From contig CAYJVY010000009.1 of assembly GCA_964373795.1 (NCBI GenBank), forward strand, positions 30,241-62,240: a stretch of DNA of 32,000 nt, written 5' to 3'. The position numbers and the translations under genes were made by a program. A model generated the notes under the pieces. The model had not been told where the DNA came from, made no database searches, and saw only the letters and a program-made list of their open reading frames with translations. Below are positions 24,638 to 32,000 of this stretch, piece by piece (positions within the stretch are counted from its first letter, which is position 1; each line of letters opens with the position of its first letter). This DNA comes from an uncultured archaeon. GTDB taxonomy: Archaea; Iainarchaeota; Iainarchaeia; Iainarchaeales; DATDZZ01.

Positions 24638-26683
24638 TCACGAAGTATAAGTAACAACTAGTCTTGGTTTGAAGCAATCAATTCCTAGAGTTCCTCCTCC
24701 ACATCCTGAATACCCTGTATCCCATTGCATTAAATTAGTTCCACTTGTTGGTCCTGTGATTTTAAATGAAACCTTGTTATTTCCATTATTATGTCCTTCA
24801 AGTAAAAGCATTTGAGTTGAATTAAATTGTAATTCACTCCAAGTGTCTTTAACTAAACTTGTCCTACTCAAAATTCCAATAGTTGATTCATTTACAGCAT
24901 TATTTAATTCACTATAAGTTGGATGATTTCTAGTTCCATCAAACTTGCTATCCTCTAATGAATTCAGCATGTAAACATTCCATTGCTTTGAACTACTAGT
25001 AGCAAGAGAAGTGTTTTGAACAAACAATCTTATTGCAGCACTTTGAATTCTTGCATTGACTGGAATTGCAGTTAAATCAAATTGAATTCCTCCAATAAAT
25101 CTTGAAATACCGTAATACCCTGAATAAATTTCTGCTCCTCCAAACCAATTAATGCTTGGCTGAGCTGATTGAACATATCCTTCAAACCATTGTTCTGGTT
25201 CAATTATTACTTGAACTTGATTTCCTGATTGACTGCTTTCACTTCCAGTTACAATCCATAACGGAGAAGTATAAACGCTTCCATCGGAGAACTTGAATTG
25301 AGCTTGAAATCTTTCCCCATTATTATTCATGTCTTGATCAAATTCAAGTTTATTATTGCTTGAAATAAATTGTCCTACACTTAAATTAAAATCACTGAAA
25401 ACAGCATTAGATGAAAGCCAGCTTCCAGGAGAAACAGTGCCACTCCATTTAATGTTATTGGCAATTCTAACTCTATTAAGTTTTGAATTATCTGAATCGT
25501 TCCACCACATTACATTCATATCAGTAATATTTATTGAAGTACAACCAGTATTTTCAATTTTCCATGTTTCAACAATTTTATTTGCAGTACTGAAAACAGT
25601 GTTATTCCAATCCATTTTAAAATAATTACTTTGATTTCCGCCTGCAACTAAAAATTGCTTGCTTGCAGTTACTATAGAAAATTTTTTTCCATCTACTTTA
25701 ATGCCCCAATTCCCGTTTTTGCCTAGACAAGAAATTGTATAACTTCCTTCAACTCTTCCATTACTTGAAGACTGATTTGAAAGGTTTTGTTGAACGACTA
25801 AATTTGGATCAGAGACTTTAATGTTTAAATCAGTTAAATCGATTGGTTTGTTTGATTGGTCTTTTAATGCAATTGCGTAATACACTGTTGAATTAGGAGT
25901 AAAACTTGTAGAAGGAATTGAATAACTTGAATCTGAATACAAGTTTACATCAATTGAAGTTAAAACTTGTGGAATTAAAATTGAAACCTTTACTACGTCT
26001 TTAAAGTTTTGAGTTGAATTTACTTGAATTTCTCCATTCCAGGTTTTTGAAGGCTCGTTTAACGGAACAGTAAAAGTTGCATTAATTGAATCGTTTTGAT
26101 CTGAATTTAATGAATTAATATTTTTATTAAAATTAGTGTTAGCGCTATTCAAGTCTCCTGTAAGAGTTCGACTTAAATTAGTTAAAGTAACATCTGTTCC
26201 ATTCAAGAATTTAATTTCTTGAATTGCAGTATTTTGTCCACTAATTGGAGGAATAACTTTGTTTACTTTGTTTGGAGTTAGCATTAATCCTTCTCCAATT
26301 CTAACAAATCCATTGTCAAGCATTTGAATTAATACTTTGTGTGGTCCCGGGTTTAATGGAAGGTCTCCGACTAAAGGAGCTTTCGTTGGAATGCTTATTT
26401 CACTTGGATTTTCTTTAGAGCCAACCTTGAATCCAATAATTTTTCCTTGAATTACTTTTTCTCTCACATTTGAAGGCAAATCAATTTCAATGAAAACCTT
26501 GCTTCCAGGGCCAAGAGAATAAACTTGGTCAACTCCTTTAGCTAGACTGGTAACAGAACTATTTATTTTATTTATTGCAATAGTTTCCTGCGAAGTAGTG
26601 TTTGAAATAAGAAACACAACTCCAACTGCAGTTAAAGCAAATCCAATTAAAAGCAAGGTTTCAACAGATATTTGAGCCTTCAA
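24638..26683 (-). CDS. 681-aa class III signal-peptide protein, sequon-rich candidate pilus-associated adhesin
   Basis: TTG start and MKA/QISVETLLLIGFALTAVGVVFLI. I counted 18 N-x-S/T sequons by hand. The C-terminal region IQFDLTAIPVNARIQSAAIRLFV ... KPRLVVTYT resembles the FDL..IP..A.I.SA.L.L core of DNRLRE/CBM-type beta-sandwich domains; this is a weak call by eye. Confidence 0.65.
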   Translation of the reverse strand: MKAQISVETLLLIGFALTAVGVVFLISNTTSQETIAINKINSSVTSLAKGVDQVYSLGPGSKVFIEIDLPSNVREKVIQGKIIGFKVGSKENPSEISIPTKAPLVGDLPLNPGPHKVLIQMLDNGFVRIGEGLMLTPNKVNKVIPPISGQNTAIQEIKFLNGTDVTLTNLSRTLTGDLNSANTNFNKNINSLNSDQNDSINATFTVPLNEPSKTWNGEIQVNSTQNFKDVVKVSILIPQVLTSIDVNLYSDSSYSIPSTSFTPNSTVYYAIALKDQSNKPIDLTDLNIKVSDPNLVVQQNLSNQSSSNGRVEGSYTISCLGKNGNWGIKVDGKKFSIVTASKQFLVAGGNQSNYFKMDWNNTVFSTANKIVETWKIENTGCTSINITDMNVMWWNDSDNSKLNRVRIANNIKWSGTVSPGSWLSSNAVFSDFNLSVGQFISSNNKLEFDQDMNNNGERFQAQFKFSDGSVYTSPLWIVTGSESSQSGNQVQVIIEPEQWFEGYVQSAQPSINWFGGAEIYSGYYGISRFIGGIQFDLTAIPVNARIQSAAIRLFVQNTSLATSSSKQWNVYMLNSLEDSKFDGTRNHPTYSELNNAVNESTIGILSRTSLVKDTWSELQFNSTQMLLLEGHNNGNNKVSFKITGPTSGTNLMQWDTGYSGCGGGTLGIDCFKPRLVVTYTS

Positions 26684-26812
26684 GATAATCCCTTTAATTC
26701 TGATTAATTGTTTTAATATAAGGATTTTCTAATTTAAAAAATAATCTCTCTTAATATTAAACTGTTTTAAGGCTTCAAAACAATTAAAAATAATTAATTC
26801 CTATCTAATTAC

Positions 26813-28645
26813 ATGAAAAACAAATTAATTTACTGTTTAATTATTTTTCTTGCAGTATTGTTGACTGGATGCATTCAACCAACTCCTAAAGGAAAAACTT
26901 GTGAAGAGCTTTCAGGATTTATTTGCAGTGAAAAAGAATTCTGTAGTGAAGGTTTTCTTGAAGCAAGTGATTCAACTAATTGTTGTGTAAGCCAATGCCA
27001 ACCAAAAAAAGAAATCTCTTTAGTTGAAAAAGCCTTTAAAGGCCAGGGAAGCTTTAAATGTGAATTAACAGTTGAAGGAGTTAAAGCAATAGTATTACTT
27101 AAAGACTTGAAATTTAATTTAGATTTCAATGAATCAAAAATTTTATCTGATTATAATTTTTATTACGAGTTTTCAAAAGACTTAAATGCATGGCTTAAAA
27201 TAGATAAAAAAGAACAAGAAGCTGAAAACGATTTATGGGAAAAAATTCAAAGCACTGCTTTATCTAATCCTGAAAAAGTTTCCTGCATTGAACAATCTTT
27301 GGAAGATAACTTATTTTTTGTTCCAGAAAAAGACTTGTTTCAACTTCCAATTAATGGAGGTAATGGAGGCGAAACTCCAGGCGATTCAGATTCAAATAAA
27401 CAAGTTAATCCAATTAAAGCCTGTGATGAATTAGAGAATCCATTAAAAAGAGAGGTTTGCATTAAAGATTTAGCTCTTCAATCTCTTCAAACAGGTGTTT
27501 GTAGAAAGCTTTCAATTTTTTCAAAAGATTCTTGCATTAATGAAATTGCAGTGAAAACAAATAAATTAGATTTATGTAATGAAATTGAAAATGAATTAAG
27601 AAGAAATGAATGCATTAAAATAATTAGCATTAATTTAAATGAAATTACTGCTTGTAATGCAATTACTGATGAAAACCGAACAATAGATTGTTATTATAGA
27701 ATTGGATTGCAGAAAAAGATTTTAGATTCTTGTCTTAAAATTTCTCCAACTTCTTATGGAATTTTTAAAAGAGACGAATGCATTTTTTCAATTGCAACAG
27801 AGCAAAAAAATGTTGATTTATGTAATTTAATTTCTTTAAGTTATGTAAGCTCTGAATTCACTAGAGATAAATGTTTTTTTTCATTAGTTGAAAAAATTGA
27901 AGACATTAGTTTTTGCAATAAAATAATTGACTTAAATAGAAGAAATGAGTGTCTTAAATTAATTGGTGTAACTCAATTCAGATTAGATGCCTGCCAGGCA
28001 ATTGATGTTAATTCCTTGCAAGGAGAATGCATTAAATCAATTGCATTAAACGATGCAAACCACTTAGTTTGCCTTGAAATTCCTCAATCAGAGTTGCCTT
28101 TAAGACAAGAATGTTTTAGTGAAATAGCAGTTAAAACTCAGTCAATTGATTTATGTTATAAAATTTATAACACTGACTTGAAAGGGGATTGCTTGAAAAA
28201 CCTTGCATTAGTTCAAAAACAAGTAGTTGGATGTGAAAAAATTACTTTTAATGATAAGAAAAAATTTGAATGCTATTATGAATTTGCTTTACAAGAAAAC
28301 AACCCTTCTTATTGTGAAGATACAGGAATTGTTGGATTAAAAAATTTGTCAGAAGAATGTTATTACACTTTAGCAACTAAAAATCAAAACATTTCTTTAT
28401 GTGAAAAAATTTTAGTTGATAAAACTTATTATAATTGTTTTTTAGATATTGCAGTTGAATTAAAATCTCACAAAATTTGTCCTTTAATGAAAAAAATTTA
28501 CTTATCTAATATAACAAAGTATCCCATTTCACAGTTATGCATTAAAGATTTTGCTGCAAAAACCTCTGACAAAGTTGTATGTGATGAAATAATCAGTCAA
28601 GAATTACGCGAAGCCTGCTTGAAGCTAGACTTAAATTTCACTTGA
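26813..28645 (+). CDS. Cys-repeat lipoprotein (about 14 tandem C-x10-16-C-x13-C units)
   Basis: Signal peptide with lipobox LLTGC and a Cys-knot-like N-terminal stretch (CEELSGFICSEKEFCSEGF...NCCVSQC). From 27422 onward there is a regular alternation of a short segment ending (D/E/N)C and a 13-residue segment of the form (I/F/Y/L)xx(I/L)Axxxxxxxx-C. Confidence 0.7.
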   Translation: MKNKLIYCLIIFLAVLLTGCIQPTPKGKTCEELSGFICSEKEFCSEGFLEASDSTNCCVSQCQPKKEISLVEKAFKGQGSFKCELTVEGVKAIVLLKDLKFNLDFNESKILSDYNFYYEFSKDLNAWLKIDKKEQEAENDLWEKIQSTALSNPEKVSCIEQSLEDNLFFVPEKDLFQLPINGGNGGETPGDSDSNKQVNPIKACDELENPLKREVCIKDLALQSLQTGVCRKLSIFSKDSCINEIAVKTNKLDLCNEIENELRRNECIKIISINLNEITACNAITDENRTIDCYYRIGLQKKILDSCLKISPTSYGIFKRDECIFSIATEQKNVDLCNLISLSYVSSEFTRDKCFFSLVEKIEDISFCNKIIDLNRRNECLKLIGVTQFRLDACQAIDVNSLQGECIKSIALNDANHLVCLEIPQSELPLRQECFSEIAVKTQSIDLCYKIYNTDLKGDCLKNLALVQKQVVGCEKITFNDKKKFECYYEFALQENNPSYCEDTGIVGLKNLSEECYYTLATKNQNISLCEKILVDKTYYNCFLDIAVELKSHKICPLMKKIYLSNITKYPISQLCIKDFAAKTSDKVVCDEIISQELREACLKLDLNFT

Positions 28646-29464
28646 TCCTTTTGGTTTTGACATTGATGGAAGTGTTTTCCATCTAGGAAAAATAGCTTTT
28701 TTTGCTCTTTGTAAAGCTTCTCTTAATTCAGGATTTGCTTTTCTTATTGCTGCAGCCAACAAATCAGATCTTTGCTTAAAATTTGAACCAATTCCTTCAA
28801 TATTAACAACTATTTCTGCAACATTTCGCTCCTTCAAATTTTGAAAGAAAGGATTCCTTTTTGTTGGCAGAATATTATCAAAATCAATAACAAGTGATCT
28901 TCCATCTTTTGAGGGAATAATTGCATCTGAAATGCATGGAAGGTCATTGTTTGCTAATACTACTTGTAATTCTATTGCTTTCTTTTTTGTTGCATAACTG
29001 CAATAATAAAATTGTGCTTGTGCTCCACTTAAACTAATTCCTTTTTTTTCAAGTTGCACGGATATTGCATCCCTATCATGAAGTTTTGATCCCTTAAATG
29101 TTCCTCCAAACAATTCAGTTATTTGAATCCATTCTCCAGTTTCAAAAAATTCTCCAGCAGAAGACAACTGTCTTGCTTCATCTGCTGTTAATTTATGCAT
29201 TCCTGCATGAAAATTAATCACTCCTTTTTTATGCAAAAACTCTATTGTTCTCTGATATTCTTGTGCTTCTTCCTCACTTAAAGCTTTATGAAATTTTTTT
29301 ATTGCAACTCTTTTTGGTTTACTACCAGCTATGTTTGCAACTGCCATGAATACTCTTCCAACTTTTCCCATACCTAAAAATTTTAGTTTTCCAAGAATTG
29401 GTCTAACACTAGTTATTGCTTTATGTCTTTTAGCATAATCTGGCCCTGGTTTTCTACGCAGCAT
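28631..29464 (-). CDS. atypical protein-kinase-like fold protein
   Basis: Gly-rich loop LGMGKVGRVF, VAIK-type lysine RVAIKKF, hinge-like ITELFGG, a possible catalytic segment NNDLPCISDAII and a DFG-like VIDFD. The catalytic loop is non-canonical. This is a weak assignment by eye. Confidence 0.4.
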   Translation of the reverse strand: MLRRKPGPDYAKRHKAITSVRPILGKLKFLGMGKVGRVFMAVANIAGSKPKRVAIKKFHKALSEEEAQEYQRTIEFLHKKGVINFHAGMHKLTADEARQLSSAGEFFETGEWIQITELFGGTFKGSKLHDRDAISVQLEKKGISLSGAQAQFYYCSYATKKKAIELQVVLANNDLPCISDAIIPSKDGRSLVIDFDNILPTKRNPFFQNLKERNVAEIVVNIEGIGSNFKQRSDLLAAAIRKANPELREALQRAKKAIFPRWKTLPSMSKPKGSSEI

Positions 29465-29514
29465 TACAAAAATAGTGATTAATTGTATTTATACCTTTTC
29501 TCTAGATTCCGTTC

Positions 29515-29544
29515 ACTTAAATCTTTTTTTGACTTCATCCATTA
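29515..29544. repeat. direct repeat copy A (duplicate of the fbp 3' end)
   Basis: By hand alignment, 29 of 30 nt match 30545-30574 (actt[a/g]aatctttttttgacttcatccatta). On the minus strand it reads ..MDEVKKRFK-stop, the same tail as the fbp ORF. Confidence 0.75.
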
Positions 29545-29547
29545 ATT

Positions 29548-29946
29548 CTAATTTAATATTTTTAGAAACTCTTTTGAGGAAACAATTCTTGTTTTTCTGA
29601 ATTTTATTAAATTCAATAAATCATTGTCATTGGAAACAATGAAATCAGCATTTGCTTCTAAAGCACATTCGATTATTTTGTTGTCGTCAGGATCTCTCTT
29701 AACAACATTGACTTTTATTTTTGGTTCAATTATTTTGGAAAAACTTGTTATTAGTGCAAGTTGAGCTTCAACTTTTTCTTTTGGTTCTTTAAATTTTGTT
29801 AAAAGTTTTTCTTCAACTTCTTTCAATATTTCTGTAGAAACAAAATTTGTGAATCTCTCTTGAATCGCCATTCTAACAACTTTATTAGCCGCGCCTTTTG
29901 TTAGTATGGAAGAAATGTACACATTCGAGTCAAGAACGGTTTTCAT
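29548..29946 (-). CDS. PIN-domain toxin (PIN_3 / TIGR00305-like VapC-type)
   Basis: VLDSNVYISSIL near the N-terminus, then EILKEVEEKL, RDPDDNKIIECALEANADFIVSNDNDLL. The acidic residues are placed as expected for a PIN nuclease. Confidence 0.8.
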   Translation of the reverse strand: MKTVLDSNVYISSILTKGAANKVVRMAIQERFTNFVSTEILKEVEEKLLTKFKEPKEKVEAQLALITSFSKIIEPKIKVNVVKRDPDDNKIIECALEANADFIVSNDNDLLNLIKFRKTRIVSSKEFLKILN

Positions 29947-30224
29947 TACTTTCTTCCTCTTGCTTTGTGAATCATTCTCACAACATCTTTTTCATTTTTT
30001 ACACCAATCTTTTTTGCATACTCTCTTCCCCACATGCTTAGCTTATCAAACTCTTTTAATAATTCTTCTTTTGTTGGTTTATAGATTTTTTTCAATACAA
30101 GAGTGTCTTTGCTTGCCGCCACAGCTAAAGAATCTCCTTTCTTTAAACCAATCTCTTCTCTTAGTTCCAAAGGAATAACAACTTGTCCTCTTGAGGAAAG
30201 CTTTGTTACAGAAACATCACTCAC
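29946..30224 (-). CDS. AbrB/SpoVT-family antitoxin
   Basis: VTKLSSRGQVVIPLELREEIGLKKGDSL is a swapped-hairpin AbrB/MazE-type DNA-binding motif. GTG start with GAGGTGA 4 nt upstream. Its TAA overlaps the ATG of the PIN gene (TAATG). Confidence 0.8.
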   Translation of the reverse strand: MSDVSVTKLSSRGQVVIPLELREEIGLKKGDSLAVAASKDTLVLKKIYKPTKEELLKEFDKLSMWGREYAKKIGVKNEKDVVRMIHKARGRK

Positions 30225-30323
30225 AAAATCACCTCTTACAATAATACTATCTTACTTTCTTATTAAAAAGCTTTTTGCAACTAAGTTTTCAACTATTTAC
30301 AAGAATTAGCACAATATTTTTGT

Positions 30324-30419
30324 TACTTATTTATTTGTTCAAGTATTTTTTTGACTTCATTGATTTTATCTGCATGAACCGTTAAACTTGACAAACCTTC
30401 TTTAATTAATTCAGGCAAA
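30324..30419 (-). pseudogene. 3' remnant resembling the C-terminus of a PEP-utilising enzyme (PpsA/PPDK/EI family)
   Basis: The minus-strand frame reads (L)PELIKEGLSSLTVHADKINEVKKILEQINK-stop. Compare the C-terminal G-[IL]-D-S-[IL]-S-V-x-x-D-x-[IV] ... [KR]-x-[IL] pattern of PEP synthase and related enzymes. There is no ATG, and the frame is closed by TAA about 15 codons upstream. Confidence 0.3.
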
Positions 30420-30542
30420 ATTTTTTTCATAGGAGTTTGAAATGAAATAGTTGTTTCTATATTATTTTTTTTACAGTTTTTTTATTACATTCGTTAGAAG
30501 AGAAACAACTCCCTTTACAATAACAATGCCTTTGTAATAAAA

Positions 30543-31634
30543 TTACTTGAATCTTTTTTTGACTTCATCCATTATTGATTGATATCCTTTATTGTATTCT
30601 AATTCTTCTGGTATAAGAGTAGCTGGGTGAATGAATCCTTGTTCGCGCATGAATTCAGCTTTTTTTACTGCTTTGTTTCTAAAGTAATCCCAATCAGGAG
30701 TGGAAAATGCATCCATTGATTCAGTGAATTTTCCTTTATGCACGCTGAATAACGCGCATGAAACAATTGGAATACACCAATTAGCTGTTGCAGCAGTGTT
30801 TAGTTTTACTGGCATTAAAGGCATGTGATGACTTCCTCTTGTATCTCCTGCCACGTAATGAGCTGTTTTAAATACAGAGCAAGCTTCTTCTGTTGCAGGA
30901 AAATTTTTCTGCAACCTCATTAAAGCAGCTGGATCATCTTTTCCTACATAAGTTCCAGCAATGTTATGCAATCTATCAGTTGTTGCATTCAAAATTGGTT
31001 CACCTTCTTTTGTATGCACTGAATCAACTACATATCTTCCTGGATACATTAAAACTCCTGCAATTAAAAAAATATCTTTAGGGGTTTCAAGAACTGCTTT
31101 CTTATCTTCTAATACATCCATTACAGTTATTTTCACTCCATTTGTTAGAGTTGGATTTAACAACAAACCAGTATTAGATGATGGCTCGCAAAAAAGTTTG
31201 TAAAAAGGATGATTAAATGCTCCTGGCTCTGTTTTGTCTGCAGTAATTAAAGCAAAAGCCTCATTTGGCCTTTCCTCGAATTCTAATTCAGCTACTCCTG
31301 GACCCATTCCTTTCACATTGCCTGAAAAAGATGTTTTCAACATGTCTTGGCCTGCTCCGTAAAGTCCTTGAGATTTAGCTGTTTCAGTTCCTTGCATGAA
31401 AGCATCAAATGCAAGTTTATGAATTTCAGAATTTCCTATTCCCTTTGCATGAGACACTAAAATATGAATATCGTCTCCAGTGAAACCAACATATAAATCA
31501 ATTATTACTCCTTTATCTAATCCATTTTTTTTCACAAAATCTTTCACTGTTTGTAAAAGTTTTTCACTTGGCTTTGTATGCCCTCCAATTGATCCAACAT
31601 CTGCTTTAATTGCAGTTAAAGTAATTTTACTCAT
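30543..31634 (-). CDS. fbp: fructose-1,6-bisphosphate aldolase/phosphatase (class V FBPase)
   Basis: 363 aa starting MSKITLTAIKADVGSIGGHTKPS. Contains DDIHILVSH, GAGQDM, MGPGVAELEF and YVAGDTRGSHHMPLMPV, characteristic of the archaeal bifunctional FBP aldolase/phosphatase. Confidence 0.9.
   Translation of the reverse strand: MSKITLTAIKADVGSIGGHTKPSEKLLQTVKDFVKKNGLDKGVIIDLYVGFTGDDIHILVSHAKGIGNSEIHKLAFDAFMQGTETAKSQGLYGAGQDMLKTSFSGNVKGMGPGVAELEFEERPNEAFALITADKTEPGAFNHPFYKLFCEPSSNTGLLLNPTLTNGVKITVMDVLEDKKAVLETPKDIFLIAGVLMYPGRYVVDSVHTKEGEPILNATTDRLHNIAGTYVGKDDPAALMRLQKNFPATEEACSVFKTAHYVAGDTRGSHHMPLMPVKLNTAATANWCIPIVSCALFSVHKGKFTESMDAFSTPDWDYFRNKAVKKAEFMREQGFIHPATLIPEELEYNKGYQSIMDEVKKRFK
30545..30574. 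repeat. direct repeat copy B (authentic 3' end of fbp)
   Basis: Partner of 29515-29544, offset by 1030 bp. A third, shorter copy (tttttttgacttcat, 15/15 nt) lies at 30347-30361. Confidence 0.75.
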
Positions 31635-32000
31635 TCAAAGTCCCCCAACATTTTACTATTAAATGCTTTCATAATTTAAATAATTTTTAGTACGTTGGTC
31701 AAATAATTAGCTCAGAAGGTGTTAAACCTAGAGCATTACCACAAATTTGATGGGTGTTAACGCTAAAAAAGTTTCGGTCATTACTGGAAAAAAAGCTATG
31801 TGAATTTATACGAACTATTGCCACTTTTTGCAGAGTTTTTGTTGTTCCGGAAATTGATTCTTTTGTCCGATGATTTTTTGGTTGAACAAAAAATTTTGTT
31901 TTTGTACAGGATTGCGGACAAAGCTGATTTGCTTGCTATTCGGTTAAAAATGTGATGAACCAAAAATTCTGTGCGGGTTTCCATGAAGAAGTTAACACCT

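Noticed and set aside
24631-24640. Possibility of stop-codon reassignment or an alternative genetic code
   Set aside because: TAA and TGA both terminate well-supported ORFs at sensible family lengths. For example, TGA at 24638-24640 is followed 4 nt later by the next ATG. No conserved domain is interrupted by an in-frame stop.
31709-31736. tRNA-like D-arm string tagctcag...tagagc
   Set aside because: The would-be D-loop is about 17 nt. The upstream 7 nt are all A/T with no complementary 3' acceptor strand. No anticodon stem or T-arm (GTTCRAATC) follows. It is not a tRNA.

Overview
AT-rich archaeal window. I estimate about 30% GC by eye and did not compute it. L15e, aIF5A, an Sm protein, FBP aldolase/phosphatase, class III (prepilin-type) signal peptides and GGTGA/GGAGG ribosome-binding sites point to a small-genome DPANN-type archaeon; that lineage call is inference.

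- **1-13.98 kb:** Mostly housekeeping genes: a PEBP lipoprotein, L15e, a tRNA-thiolation PP-loop ATPase, an MFS transporter, aIF5A and MetRS. There is also a 651-aa coiled-coil repeat protein. A minus-strand cluster runs NYN, HEAT, unknown, Roadblock, MinD, Sm.
- **13.99-26.68 kb:** A type IV pilus (Tad/Epd-like) island. It has two divergent major-pilin paralogs flanking a KaiC-like ATPase, and a third pilin-like paralog. A 9-gene minus-strand operon encodes five class III signal-peptide proteins (up to 681 aa, sequon-rich), a Lys/Glu-rich protein, the secretion ATPase and a split TadB/TadC platform.
- **26.8-32 kb:** A Cys-repeat lipoprotein, an atypical kinase-like ORF, a PIN/AbrB toxin-antitoxin cassette and FBP aldolase/phosphatase.

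Items most worth follow-up:
1. MetRS has SVGS in place of HIGH and a fused C-terminal B3/B4-type domain.
2. An arginase-fold protein next to aIF5A has lost 4 of 6 metal ligands.
3. A GC-enriched, hairpin-dense spacer of about 240-330 nt (6.44-6.77 kb) is probably an unclassified structured RNA.
4. The pilus island has unusual accessories: a KaiC/ArlH-like ATPase, a Lys/Glu-rich scaffold candidate, inverted pilin 5' repeats and an intergenic tandem repeat.
5. The TA cassette is bracketed by 30-bp direct repeats that duplicate the fbp 3' end, and sits next to a PEP-utilising-enzyme gene remnant.

No tRNA, rRNA or CRISPR array was recognised. All homology calls come from motif recognition by eye, not from database searches.
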